Positions 45,872-55,478 of a stretch of 59,909 bases of DNA are shown here, piece by piece (positions within the stretch are counted from its first letter, which is position 1; each line of letters opens with the position of its first letter). Both the position numbers and the translations under genes were made by a program. The DNA is from Bacilli bacterium (GTDB lineage Bacteria; Bacillota_I; Bacilli_A; RFN20; CAG-826). The DNA lies in NCBI GenBank assembly GCA_016296775.1, contig JAEDIE010000004.1, positions 1-59,909 of the forward strand, written 5' to 3'. Under the pieces are notes generated by a model. It was given only the letters and a program-made list of their open reading frames with translations, searched no databases and was not told the origin of the DNA.

Positions 45872-46866
45872 GAATAGGAGTTATTGGAAGTGGTAGTTTT
45901 GCTTTAGCTTTAAGTAATATTTTATGTGAAAATAATCATGAAGTGTTAGTTTATTCAAGAAACGAGTCCACTAAAAATGAAATTAATAATTTTCATACTA
46001 ATAAAGCTTATTTAAATGATTTAAAGTTTAATGAAAATATAAAATGTTCTATTTCATTAAAAGAAGTTATTGCATTTTCATCAACTATTTTAATTTGTAT
46101 TCCTTCTTCATATATAAAAGGAATATTAATTGAAATGAATAAATATATAACTTCAAAAGTTGATATTATTAACGGAACTAAGGGTCTTGATTTTGAAGAT
46201 AAGTTAACTATTCAACAAGTAATTAGGAAATATATTGATGGAAGCAAGATTAATTCAGTTACTTCATTGCTTGGTCCTGGATTTGCTAAAGAAATAATTA
46301 CCCACAATTTAACACTTGTTTGTGCTTGTTCTTTAAGTTTAGAAGCTGCTAAAAAAGTACAAGTTTTATTTTCGAATCAATATTTTAGAGTTTATACTTC
46401 TTTAGATGTTATTGGATCAGAAATTTATTCTTCTTTAAAAAATGCTATTGCTATAGCAAGCGGAATTTGTTTAGGTTTAGGCTACAATGAAAACACTAAA
46501 GCTGCCTTAATTACTAGAGGTTTAAAAGAAATGAAAGAAGTTGGAAAGTTTTTCCATGCTAAAGAAGAAACTTTCTATGGATTAACAGGAATGGGAGATT
46601 TAATTCTTACTTGTAATAGTAAAAATAGTCGTAACTTTTCAAGTGGATACCAAATCGGATTAGAAGATAGTAGTGAAAATTTCTTAAAAAATAATACTCA
46701 AACTGTAGAAGGTTTAAATACTATTAAGTTAGTTAAATATTTAATAGATAAGTTTAATTTAAATTTACCTATATTGAATGCTTTATATCTCGTAATTTAT
46801 GAAGGTTTGAAGCCATCAATTGCTATTAAGAACTTAATGTTAAGACCTCTTAAAGATGAAGATTAG
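45868..46866 (+). CDS. gpsA: NAD(P)H-dependent glycerol-3-phosphate dehydrogenase
   Basis: N-terminal Rossmann motif IGVIGSGSFALAL. der-gpsA synteny as in Bacillus. Confidence 0.88.
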   Translation: MRIGVIGSGSFALALSNILCENNHEVLVYSRNESTKNEINNFHTNKAYLNDLKFNENIKCSISLKEVIAFSSTILICIPSSYIKGILIEMNKYITSKVDIINGTKGLDFEDKLTIQQVIRKYIDGSKINSVTSLLGPGFAKEIITHNLTLVCACSLSLEAAKKVQVLFSNQYFRVYTSLDVIGSEIYSSLKNAIAIASGICLGLGYNENTKAALITRGLKEMKEVGKFFHAKEETFYGLTGMGDLILTCNSKNSRNFSSGYQIGLEDSSENFLKNNTQTVEGLNTIKLVKYLIDKFNLNLPILNALYLVIYEGLKPSIAIKNLMLRPLKDED

Positions 46867-46927
46867 TGTAGATTAAAATTTATTTTATGTTATCATTTAA
46901 TTACGAATTTAATTAGGAGGTTGTTCT

Positions 46928-47200
46928 ATGAATAAATTAGATTTAGTAAATGCAGTAAGTGAAGCTTGCTCTATTAGTAAGAAAGATGCTGATGCAGCTA
47001 TTAGCGCATTTCTTTTAGAAGTTGGTAAATCATTAGAAAGAAAAGAGGAAGTTAAGCTTTCTGGTTTTGGTACGTTTTTAGTAAAAGATAGAAAAGGTAG
47101 AATTGGAACAATTCCTGGAACAAATACCAAGATTGAAATTCCTACAACAAAGACAGTTGCCTTCAAACCTAGCAAACAATTAAAAGAATTAGTTAAATAA
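46928..47200 (+). CDS. hup: DNA-binding protein HU
   Basis: 90 aa, MNKLDLVNAVSE...GFGTF...R.GR.P.T...I.IP...V.FKP pattern. SD AGGAGG. Confidence 0.95.
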   Translation: MNKLDLVNAVSEACSISKKDADAAISAFLLEVGKSLERKEEVKLSGFGTFLVKDRKGRIGTIPGTNTKIEIPTTKTVAFKPSKQLKELVK

Positions 47201-47206
47201 GAAATA

Positions 47207-47240
47207 AATTCTCTAACTTAGGTTAGAGAATTTTCTTTAT
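47207..47240 (+). terminator. Rho-independent terminator after hup
   Basis: 11-bp stem AATTCTCTAAC / GTTAGAGAATT with a TTAG loop and a T-rich tail. Confidence 0.85.
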
Positions 47241-47244
47241 TAGT

Positions 47245-47883
47245 ATGGATAAAATTTTTTCATCATTAGCAAAAATATTTTATAGTAATGGTTATTCTCT
47301 TTATATGATTGGATCTTCATCAAGAGATTATCTTTTAAATAATGAAATTAAAGATTATGATTTTGTAACTAATGCTACACCAAAACAAATATCTTTATTT
47401 TTAAAATTAGATTTAACTTTTGAAAAATATGGTGTTGTAAAATTAAAATATGAGGGAAAACATATAGATATTGCTACTTTAAGGAAAGAAGAAAGTTATT
47501 TAGATAATCGTCATCCTTCAAAAATTACTTTTGTAGATTATATTACTTTAGATTATGTTAGAAGAGATTTTACTATAAATTCTATATATATTGATAAGGA
47601 TTATAAGATTATTGATCCTACTTTAAAAGGGGTTAGTGACTTAAATAACAAAGTGTTAAGATTTATTAAACCTATTGAAGTAAGTATAAACGAAGATCCT
47701 TTAAGAATTTTAAGAGCTTTTAGATTTAAAAGTGAGTACAATTTAAGTTTTGTTGATAATGATGAAGAAATTTTATTGAATAACATTCATTTATTAAATA
47801 AAATTAATAGACAAAAGATTTTAGAAGAAAGAAGTAAATATAAAAAAGCAGGAGGAAAAGACTATGATAAATTATTCGAATAA
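47245..47883 (+). CDS. Short class II nucleotidyltransferase (CCA-adding/poly(A) polymerase head-neck only)
   Basis: Motif A GSSSRDYLLNNEIKDYDFVT, motif B RRDFTINSIY, and DPLRILRAFRF. Only 212 aa, and the body/tail domains are absent. Confidence 0.75.
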   Translation: MDKIFSSLAKIFYSNGYSLYMIGSSSRDYLLNNEIKDYDFVTNATPKQISLFLKLDLTFEKYGVVKLKYEGKHIDIATLRKEESYLDNRHPSKITFVDYITLDYVRRDFTINSIYIDKDYKIIDPTLKGVSDLNNKVLRFIKPIEVSINEDPLRILRAFRFKSEYNLSFVDNDEEILLNNIHLLNKINRQKILEERSKYKKAGGKDYDKLFE

Positions 47884-48424
47884 TGCCTTAAATTTTTCAT
47901 ACCTTTTATTGGATTATTATAAAGAATTAAACATAAAAGAGAGTGAATTAGCTGTTATTTTAATGATTGATCATCTTTTAAGCCAAGACAACGAGTTTAT
48001 TACTGTTGATGTTTTAGAGCTTAAAATGTCTTTAACAAAGAAAGAAATTGATGAAGCTATGACTAGTCTTTATCAAAAGAAATATATCGAATTTGTTTTA
48101 GGAAAGAAAGGTGCTGAAACTAGTATTAGACCTTTAATGAAGATTTTATATAAGAAATTTGAACAATCTATTTTTAGTGAAGATGAGTTAAAGAAAAATG
48201 AAGATAGTGTTAAGCTCAGAGAAGAAGTTTTTGCTTTGCTTGAAGAAATTTTTAATCGTTCACTTTCTCCAATTGAAATTTCTAGAGCAGATGAATGGAT
48301 TAAAGCAGATGTTAGTAGAGATATAATTATTAACTCAATTAAAGATGCTAAGGTAAGAAACGAACTTTCTATCAATGCAATTGATAGAATAATCATTAAA
48401 AAACTCAGAAGTGAAAATAACTAA
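47864..48424 (+). CDS. dnaD: DnaD-domain replication initiation/helicase-loading protein
   Basis: N-terminal winged-helix-like region and a C-terminal DnaD-like repeat (RSLSPIEISRADEWIK...DIIINSIKDA). dnaD-nth synteny as in B. subtilis. Strong SD AGGAGG. Confidence 0.75.
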   Translation: MINYSNNALNFSYLLLDYYKELNIKESELAVILMIDHLLSQDNEFITVDVLELKMSLTKKEIDEAMTSLYQKKYIEFVLGKKGAETSIRPLMKILYKKFEQSIFSEDELKKNEDSVKLREEVFALLEEIFNRSLSPIEISRADEWIKADVSRDIIINSIKDAKVRNELSINAIDRIIIKKLRSENN

Positions 48425-48428
48425 AAAA

Positions 48429-49049
48429 ATGAAAAAGAGTGAGGAAATTATAGGGTTTTTTGAAAAATTATACCCAAATGCTAGGTGTGAATTAAACTAT
48501 ACTAGTGATTATGGATTTTTAATTGCTGTAATGTTAAGTGCTCAATGCACAGATCAAAAGGTTAATAAAGTTACACCTATTTTGTTTTCTAAATATAAAA
48601 CTTTAAAAGAATTGGATGAAGCTAAAATAGAAGATATTGAAGAAATTATTAAACCTTTAGGTTTATATAAAAATAAAGCTCAAAATATAAAAGAAATAGC
48701 TCATAAATTATTGATTGATTTTAATGGAAAAGTTCCAAAAGAAAAGGACAAGTTAGTGACATTAAGCGGAGTAGGTAATAAAACTGCTAATGTAGTAAGA
48801 ATTGAACTATTTAAAGAGAGTGAATTTCCTGTTGATACGCATGTAAAACGTGTTGCAAATAGACTTCAACTAACTTCTAGTGAAGATGTTAACGTTATTG
48901 AAAAAGATTTAAGAAACACGTTTGATGAAAAATATTATATTAAATTACATCATCAATTTATCTTTTTTGGACGTTATAAATGTAAAGCAATTAATCCTCT
49001 TTGTGAAGATTGTGAACTTAAAAAATGCTGTAAAAAATTTAATGAATAA
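48429..49049 (+). CDS. nth: Endonuclease III (DNA glycosylase/AP lyase)
   Basis: HhH-GPD (LSGVGNKTANVV), catalytic region VDTHVKRV, and the C-terminal 4Fe-4S cluster CKAINPLCEDCELKKCC. ATG 48429 is preferred over the GTG at 48411. Confidence 0.9.
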   Translation: MKKSEEIIGFFEKLYPNARCELNYTSDYGFLIAVMLSAQCTDQKVNKVTPILFSKYKTLKELDEAKIEDIEEIIKPLGLYKNKAQNIKEIAHKLLIDFNGKVPKEKDKLVTLSGVGNKTANVVRIELFKESEFPVDTHVKRVANRLQLTSSEDVNVIEKDLRNTFDEKYYIKLHHQFIFFGRYKCKAINPLCEDCELKKCCKKFNE

Positions 49050-49596
49050 TCTTATCAATTTCTTTTAAATAATCGATAGAAAAATTCAAATTCAATATGA
49101 TTTCGTGGTTCTTTTTTAAAAAATAATCTAAAGGAATAGAGCTTTTTGTTGGATTTAAATCTATATATTCCTTGATTTCTTGAATAAATAAAATATAAAA
49201 TTTATCTAGTTTTGAAAAATAAAAAATAATAAAACCAATACCACCGAATTCATCCACTTTTAATAAATGTTTAAATTGGTATTCTTTAATATTTTTTAGA
49301 GGAAAAGAAGTTTTAGAAGTGCATTCTTTAGCTTCAAAATCTATATATTTTCCTTTATAAATTCCATTATAATCAGTGGTAGATTTTTCTTTAAAGAAGG
49401 CTTTTTCAATATATTTTTTATCATAAGAAAGCTTAACTATTTGAATTGGTGTAGGTTTTTTATAAATTAAAGCAATATTTCGATCTTTATAATATTCATT
49501 TGTATTATTTATTACTTCTTCTAAAAACATTCCTTTATTTTTATAGTTTATATTTTTATTTAATTTATCATTCTTTTGAAAAGGATAATTTATCAT
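49039..49596 (-). CDS. recU: Holliday junction resolvase RecU
   Basis: Near-canonical RecU blocks: IYKKPTPIQIV, STTDYNGIYKGKYIDFEAKE, TSFPLKNI. Confidence 0.95.
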   Translation of the reverse strand: MINYPFQKNDKLNKNINYKNKGMFLEEVINNTNEYYKDRNIALIYKKPTPIQIVKLSYDKKYIEKAFFKEKSTTDYNGIYKGKYIDFEAKECTSKTSFPLKNIKEYQFKHLLKVDEFGGIGFIIFYFSKLDKFYILFIQEIKEYIDLNPTKSSIPLDYFLKKNHEIILNLNFSIDYLKEIDKIIH

Positions 49597-50319
49597 TTAT
49601 AATTCTTCCTCAATAAACATATCAAAGTCTTCAATTGTAACTTTTCCATCTTTATATAGTTTAGATAATGTTTTAGCAATTGGAGCAGGTAATGATGTAT
49701 ACTTTTTAATTACTTTTGTATATTCTTCTTTTAATATTTTCTTATTTTTTAAAAATGCTTCATAAAGCATCATCAAGTTTAAAGAGTCTACTTCAGGATT
49801 ATGAACATCCTTTAATGGAGTAACTTTAAATACTTTTAAAGCATCTAATAATGACAATGTTTCATTCTTATAGGATTTAACAAATATTTTTAAAATAGAT
49901 GAGAAATCAATATAATTTTTGAAAATTTTATTTGTTAATTCGTTATCGTGAATATTGTTTATTTCGTTTGTTGAATGTAATAATCTAATATCAAAATTTC
50001 CATAACTTATAAATTTAATATCTTTAGAAATATTACCAATATATTTTTTAAATTTATTTAACGCTTCAACATAAGGAATACCGTTTTTAGCAATAAATTC
50101 ATCAGTTAAGCCTGTAATATTAGTAACTATTGGACCGACATTATCATTAGCTTTTATATATACTTTAAAAGAATTGTATTTTTTCATAATTTGATTTTTT
50201 TCATCGATATCAACTTTAATTGCTCCAAGAGCAATAATCTCTTGGCTAAATTGAGTACCTTCAAAATCAAAAAATACAATTGTTCTAGATCCTTTTAAGG
50301 CATTGGTTAAAACTTTCAT
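49597..50319 (-). CDS. DEDDh 3'-5' exonuclease (KapD/ERI-1-like)
   Basis: ExoI motif FFDFEGT, ExoII-like YGNFDIRLL, ExoIII HNPEVDSLN. Its stop codon directly abuts the recU ATG. Confidence 0.75.
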   Translation of the reverse strand: MKVLTNALKGSRTIVFFDFEGTQFSQEIIALGAIKVDIDEKNQIMKKYNSFKVYIKANDNVGPIVTNITGLTDEFIAKNGIPYVEALNKFKKYIGNISKDIKFISYGNFDIRLLHSTNEINNIHDNELTNKIFKNYIDFSSILKIFVKSYKNETLSLLDALKVFKVTPLKDVHNPEVDSLNLMMLYEAFLKNKKILKEEYTKVIKKYTSLPAPIAKTLSKLYKDGKVTIEDFDMFIEEEL

Positions 50320-50388
50320 ATAAATATTTTAATTATTTTTACTTAAATAGTATAGAAAAAAGAAAAAAAGAGCGTCTTGTATATTAGA

Positions 50389-52362
50389 ATGATTAAAATT
50401 GTTAATTTAAAAAAGAGTTACTTTGTTAATAAGAAGGAAAATGTTGTATTGAATAATATTAGCCTTAATTTAAATGATGTTGGTTTAGTTTATATATTGG
50501 GTGCTTCTGGAAGTGGGAAATCTACTTTATTAAATATTTTAGAAGGAATTGATAATAAATTTGAAGGAGAGGTTTATATTGATTCAAAAAATATTAAAAA
50601 GATTAAGGGTAATAATAAAAGAAAGTTTTTTAAAAATAATGTAGGTATTATTTCTCAATCAAGTAATTTGTTTGAATATTTAACTGTTTATCAAAATCTT
50701 TTGTTAACTTGCTTAATAAAAGGAGTAAATAAAAGTGTAATTGATGAATATTTAATTAAATATAAATTAGATTATGTTAAAAACAATAAGGTATCTTTAT
50801 TAAGTGGAGGAGAAAAACAAAGATTATCTTTAATAAGAGCAATAATTAATAAACCAAAAATAATTTTTTCTGATGAACCAACTGGAGCTTTAGATAAAGA
50901 AAATGCTTCTTTATTAATGGAAGAACTTTATGAAATATCCAAGTCGACATTAGTAATAGTGGTTACTCATTCCTTAAGTATTGTTAATACTTTTAAAGGT
51001 AGTGTTATAAAACTTTGTAATGGAAATATAAGTTTTAAAGAAAACTTAACTATAAACAACAACTATAAAATTATTAAAAAAGAAGAGAAAGAGGAAGATT
51101 ATAGTAATTTATTTATTAAAGAAAGTTTTAAACGAAATAAAAGTAAAAATATAATAACAACTATCTCCTTATTTATAGGATTACTTTTAATATTTTTATG
51201 TTTTGGTTTAAATGAAGGGTTTAACTCAAATTTTGATAATTTATATTTAAATAATATAAATTCTAATGTTTTAAAGATTTATAAAAATGATTACGAAGAT
51301 ATAAATAATGGAAAACTAAATGTAGTTAAAAAGACTAGACCAAGTATTGATAATGTTAATACATTTTTATCTTCGTTTTCTAATTTAAATACATATTATA
51401 ATTTAGATTTTTATATACAAAATAAAGAAATAAAAATAAATAATGTTGAATCTAAAGAATATAATCTAAAATTTTATTTTTTAGATTCAAATGAAAATAA
51501 TCTTTATATAAACGATATTAATAAAGTTAATATAGAATCTCTTAGTATATCTATTAATAAATCATTTACTTTCTATGAACCAAACTTAAATATTAAAAGT
51601 GATGAGTTTTTCACTTTTGAATGCACCTATTATAAATTTAACATAATAAAAGAATTTAAGTATTTAAATGAACCTACGATTTATTTCCCGTATTTTTATT
51701 TCTTGAATTATTTAGAAAATACTTTAGCAAAAGGAATAAGTGAAAAAATATCGAAACCAGTAAGTTTTTTGGATTTAGTTTATTTATGTAGTGTAGACTC
51801 TGAAATTAGTTCTTACTCTTTATATTTTTCTATTGATAAAAAAGATATAAAAAGTATAAGAGTTCTAATGAATAAAATAAACGAATCAAACAAGCCTTTA
51901 TATAAAATTGATAGTGAGTATTATTTTGTAGTTGATAGTTTTATTGCATTAATGCAAGCTTTAGTCTTAGGAATTAAAATGTTCATGATTGTTGTTGTTT
52001 TGTGCAATTTATTTTTGATTTGTTTTTTAACCTTTTCTAAGCTTAAAAAAGATAAAAAAGAGATAGCTATTTTAAGAATTTTAGGAAGTAATGAAGAATA
52101 TATCAATAACATATATATTAATGAAGGTGTAATTATTTATATAATTTCTTTGAGTTTATCTTTATTATTTTACTTTCTTTTAAGAGGATTAATTAATAAA
52201 AAACTATATGATTTTTTTGTTATTTTTAATTTAATTGATATTTCAAATAATAACTTTTTATTAATTATTTCTCTATCTTTTGTCCTTATAATTTTAAGTT
52301 ATATTTGCTTATTGTCATTTAGTAAGAAATTCAATATTAAAGAGGAATTAAAAGAAGAGTAA
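50389..52362 (+). CDS. Fused ABC ATPase-FtsX-type permease (MacB architecture), paralog 1
   Basis: Start at MIKIVNLKK. Walker A GASGSGKST, signature LSGGEKQRLSL, Walker B IIFSDEPTGALD. Then TM1, an approximately 270-aa extracytoplasmic domain and 3 C-terminal TMs. Confidence 0.8.
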   Translation: MIKIVNLKKSYFVNKKENVVLNNISLNLNDVGLVYILGASGSGKSTLLNILEGIDNKFEGEVYIDSKNIKKIKGNNKRKFFKNNVGIISQSSNLFEYLTVYQNLLLTCLIKGVNKSVIDEYLIKYKLDYVKNNKVSLLSGGEKQRLSLIRAIINKPKIIFSDEPTGALDKENASLLMEELYEISKSTLVIVVTHSLSIVNTFKGSVIKLCNGNISFKENLTINNNYKIIKKEEKEEDYSNLFIKESFKRNKSKNIITTISLFIGLLLIFLCFGLNEGFNSNFDNLYLNNINSNVLKIYKNDYEDINNGKLNVVKKTRPSIDNVNTFLSSFSNLNTYYNLDFYIQNKEIKINNVESKEYNLKFYFLDSNENNLYINDINKVNIESLSISINKSFTFYEPNLNIKSDEFFTFECTYYKFNIIKEFKYLNEPTIYFPYFYFLNYLENTLAKGISEKISKPVSFLDLVYLCSVDSEISSYSLYFSIDKKDIKSIRVLMNKINESNKPLYKIDSEYYFVVDSFIALMQALVLGIKMFMIVVVLCNLFLICFLTFSKLKKDKKEIAILRILGSNEEYINNIYINEGVIIYIISLSLSLLFYFLLRGLINKKLYDFFVIFNLIDISNNNFLLIISLSFVLIILSYICLLSFSKKFNIKEELKEE

Positions 52363-55106
52363 TGATTAAGGTAGTTGAATTAAGTAAAAGTTTTTCAAAT
52401 AGAAAATTATTTTCTTCATTTTCATATGAATTTAAAAATATTGGAATGTATTTCCTTTTGGGAGAATCGGGAAGTGGGAAATCGACGTTATTAAATATCT
52501 TAAGCGGTTTAGATCAAAATTATTTAGGAGCCGTATACTTTAAAAACAATAATATTAAAAACTTAAATATATTAGATTTAAGAAAGAATAATTTTAGTTT
52601 TATATTTCAATCATTCAATTTATTCGAAAACGATACTGTTTTTAATAATTTACTTTTAGTAATTAATAGTAAAAATAAAGAGGAAATCGAAAACAAAATT
52701 TATAAAGTATTAAAAGAATTAGATATTTTATCTTTAAAAGACATGTATGTAAAAAATCTTAGTGGAGGAGAAAAACAAAGAGTCTGTATAGCTAGAAGTT
52801 TATTAACAGATCCAGATGTTATTTTTGCCGATGAGCCAACTGGCTCTTTAGATAGTAATAATGCCATTAATATTTTTGAGATATTAAAAGAAATTTCTAA
52901 AACTAGATTAGTTATAGTAGTAAGCCATGATGAAGGAATTGCTACTAATTATGCTAACTATATATTAAAAATTGTTGACCATAAAGTTATAGAAATTAAG
53001 AAAGGAAAAATTAAAGATAAAGTAATATTAAAAAATAAAAATAATAAGGAAAAAAGTAGGATTTCATTAAGATTTATTTCTCAACATATTAAAAATAATA
53101 TAAAGAGTAAAAGATTAAGATTTATAATAACAAACTTATTTTTTAGTTTTTCTTTATTAGTTTTAGGTCTATCTTTATTAATCAATTTTACTTTAAGAGA
53201 TAATTTAGTATCTTCTTTTGATTCTTTAATGGGTAATGAATCTTTGGTTTTAAAAAGAAAAGATGACGATGTTGAACTTAAGGAATTTTATGGAGCAAGT
53301 AAAAGCGAAGTTGATGAAATAAGTAAAAAGTATAAAGAAGATATTGAATACGTTGGAGTTAATTATTTAGTAGATTTTGAAAATTTCTTTATAGATGAAA
53401 ACGAATTATATAATGTTACTAAAACACCTATAAGTAAGATGGAAGGTTTTAATATAAGGCATTTTAATGAGTTTATTTTTGTTAATAATATAGAAGATTT
53501 AGAAATTGGCTTAAATCAATCTTTAAAAGATGATGAGATTATTTTAGGAATGAATTATCCATCAATGAAAGCTTTATGTTCTTCTTTATTTATTGAAAAA
53601 ACATATGAAATACTCAATGAATTTTTAAAAACTAATAAAGTTTTAGTCTCTTTATATTTAAAAAATGAAAGTCGGAATTATTCAGATGAGCAAGTGTTTG
53701 TGCTAAAAGGAGTTACAAAAAGCGTAAGACCTGAAGTTTATCATACAAACCCACTTTTTAATGAAATTTTATTTGAAAATAATATGCGTTTTCCTTCCTC
53801 TTTAGAAATTAATAAAACTTTTGAACTACCACGGATTATGAAAAAAGTTTATTACATTTCTTTAAAAGATCATCAATCAATTTTTCTTGATAAAATCTTT
53901 TTAGATAAAGATTATGATAACTATCTTTTTGAAAATGATAGCATTACATATTCACCATTAAATTATACAAAAGAGTCTAGAAAACAATATGTTTTTTCAA
54001 TTTTTGGTAAATTTTTTAATAGAAAAATACTAACTTATTTATCCAGTTATATTGATGTAAATAATTACTATTATTCAACTAATGGAGGATATATAAATTA
54101 CGGTAATAGCTTATTTTCGGGTTTTTCTAACTCATTATTTATTGGAAAAGATAAGGATAAAGTTGAACAATTTGTCGATAATTATTTATCTTTAAGTGTA
54201 GAAAAAAGAAACAATGTAGTAATTGATGAGGATCTTGCATTTGGAGATTCTTTGTCTTTAAATGGTGATAATGTAAAGTTTACTTCCTTAAAAGAAAATC
54301 TTATTAAAGGTGAAAATCCAAAATTTTTAGATGAAATTGGAATTTCATCTTTTTTAGCAAATAAAATAAATTTAGATATTGGTGATGAAGCATACTTTGT
54401 TTTAGTAAATCCTGACTTTTATAAAAATGATAGGGAAAATCAATTTAAAACAATTAAACTTACAATTGGTGGAATTTACGAGAATAATTCCCCTCTTTTA
54501 TATCATCTGCCTAACTTTTCTATAAAACTATTTAGGGATTTATTTAAGATTTCGTCTTTTAATTTGATTATTAATTCTATAGTTATTGAAAGTAGTAATA
54601 AGTATAAGGAAAGCTATATAAATAAACTAAATAATCTTTTAGACGAGTATGAATTCGTGAATATGCTTAGCTATGTTAAAGAAAGCATTTCCTCAACTTT
54701 AAACATTCTTGAATACATTCTTTTATTTATTAGTTTATTTGTTATGATCTTTGCTTTATTAATACTAATTACGATAAATTTTATTAATTTTGAAGAATCT
54801 AAGAAAGAAATAGCTACTTTTTTGATATTAGGTTATGACGAAAAAGAGGTAAATAAAGTGTATTTTTTACAAAATTTAAATTTAGTTTTTTCGTCAATGA
54901 TAGAGTCAGTTTTTGGCACTATAATAATGTCACTTTTAACGTGTTACATCACCTCAAAACAATTAAATGTTGCCTTAATTTATTCATTTCCATTAATTCC
55001 AGTTGGCTTTATTATAATAATTACTTTTATCATTTTATTAGTTCTTTATCCTCTATTGTTAAAGTCAATCAAAAGGTTAGAGGTGGTGAAATCTATGCAT
55101 AATTAG
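52362..55106 (+). CDS. Fused ABC ATPase-FtsX-type permease (MacB architecture), paralog 2
   Basis: Walker A GESGSGKST, signature LSGGEKQRVCI, Walker B VIFADEPTGSLD. TM1, an approximately 500-aa extracytoplasmic domain and C-terminal FtsX-like TMs. TAATG overlap with paralog 1. Confidence 0.8.
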   Translation: MIKVVELSKSFSNRKLFSSFSYEFKNIGMYFLLGESGSGKSTLLNILSGLDQNYLGAVYFKNNNIKNLNILDLRKNNFSFIFQSFNLFENDTVFNNLLLVINSKNKEEIENKIYKVLKELDILSLKDMYVKNLSGGEKQRVCIARSLLTDPDVIFADEPTGSLDSNNAINIFEILKEISKTRLVIVVSHDEGIATNYANYILKIVDHKVIEIKKGKIKDKVILKNKNNKEKSRISLRFISQHIKNNIKSKRLRFIITNLFFSFSLLVLGLSLLINFTLRDNLVSSFDSLMGNESLVLKRKDDDVELKEFYGASKSEVDEISKKYKEDIEYVGVNYLVDFENFFIDENELYNVTKTPISKMEGFNIRHFNEFIFVNNIEDLEIGLNQSLKDDEIILGMNYPSMKALCSSLFIEKTYEILNEFLKTNKVLVSLYLKNESRNYSDEQVFVLKGVTKSVRPEVYHTNPLFNEILFENNMRFPSSLEINKTFELPRIMKKVYYISLKDHQSIFLDKIFLDKDYDNYLFENDSITYSPLNYTKESRKQYVFSIFGKFFNRKILTYLSSYIDVNNYYYSTNGGYINYGNSLFSGFSNSLFIGKDKDKVEQFVDNYLSLSVEKRNNVVIDEDLAFGDSLSLNGDNVKFTSLKENLIKGENPKFLDEIGISSFLANKINLDIGDEAYFVLVNPDFYKNDRENQFKTIKLTIGGIYENNSPLLYHLPNFSIKLFRDLFKISSFNLIINSIVIESSNKYKESYINKLNNLLDEYEFVNMLSYVKESISSTLNILEYILLFISLFVMIFALLILITINFINFEESKKEIATFLILGYDEKEVNKVYFLQNLNLVFSSMIESVFGTIIMSLLTCYITSKQLNVALIYSFPLIPVGFIIIITFIILLVLYPLLLKSIKRLEVVKSMHN

Positions 55107-55196
55107 GCAATTTTTTATAAAAATTGATAAAATAAAAATGCTTTTAAAAAATAAAAAATCTAATATAATAGTAAAGACATAACGGAGGAACTTTAA

Positions 55197-55403
55197 ATGG
55201 CAAAAAACGGAACAGTCAAGAATTTTAATAGCGTTAAAGGTTATGGCTTCATTACTGATGAAGAAAATAAGGATTATTTCTTCCATTTCTCATCTATTAA
55301 TATGGAAGGCTATAAAACTATTAAACCTGGAACTAAAGTTACTTTCGAACCAACAGAAGGTGAAAAGGGTTTAAGAGCTGTTAATATTACCGAAGTTAAG
55401 TAA
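55197..55403 (+). CDS. cspA: Cold-shock protein (CSD)
   Basis: 68 aa, RNP1 KGYGFI and RNP2-like FFHFS. SD GGAGG. Confidence 0.95.
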   Translation: MAKNGTVKNFNSVKGYGFITDEENKDYFFHFSSINMEGYKTIKPGTKVTFEPTEGEKGLRAVNITEVK

Positions 55404-55413
55404 ACACAAGGAT

Positions 55414-55442
55414 GGTCATCAAAAAGATGGCCTTTCTTTTTT
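55414..55442 (+). terminator. Rho-independent terminator after csp
   Basis: Stem GGTCATC (55414-55420), AAAAA loop, stem GATGGCC (55426-55432) containing one G-U pair, then TTTCTTTTTT. Confidence 0.75.
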
Positions 55443-55456
55443 ATTTAGCATAATTA

Positions 55457-55478
55457 AATGGGTTTTACCCATTTTTTT
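55457..55478 (+). terminator. Second hairpin plus T-run (tandem terminator or ychF attenuator)
   Basis: Stem AATGGGT (55457-55463), TTT loop, stem ACCCATT (55467-55473), then TTTT. Confidence 0.55.

Noticed and set aside
55124-55169. Candidate csp promoter elements: TTGATA at 55124, and TATAAT at 55164.
   Set aside because: Neither hexamer has a partner element at proper spacing, so no promoter is called.
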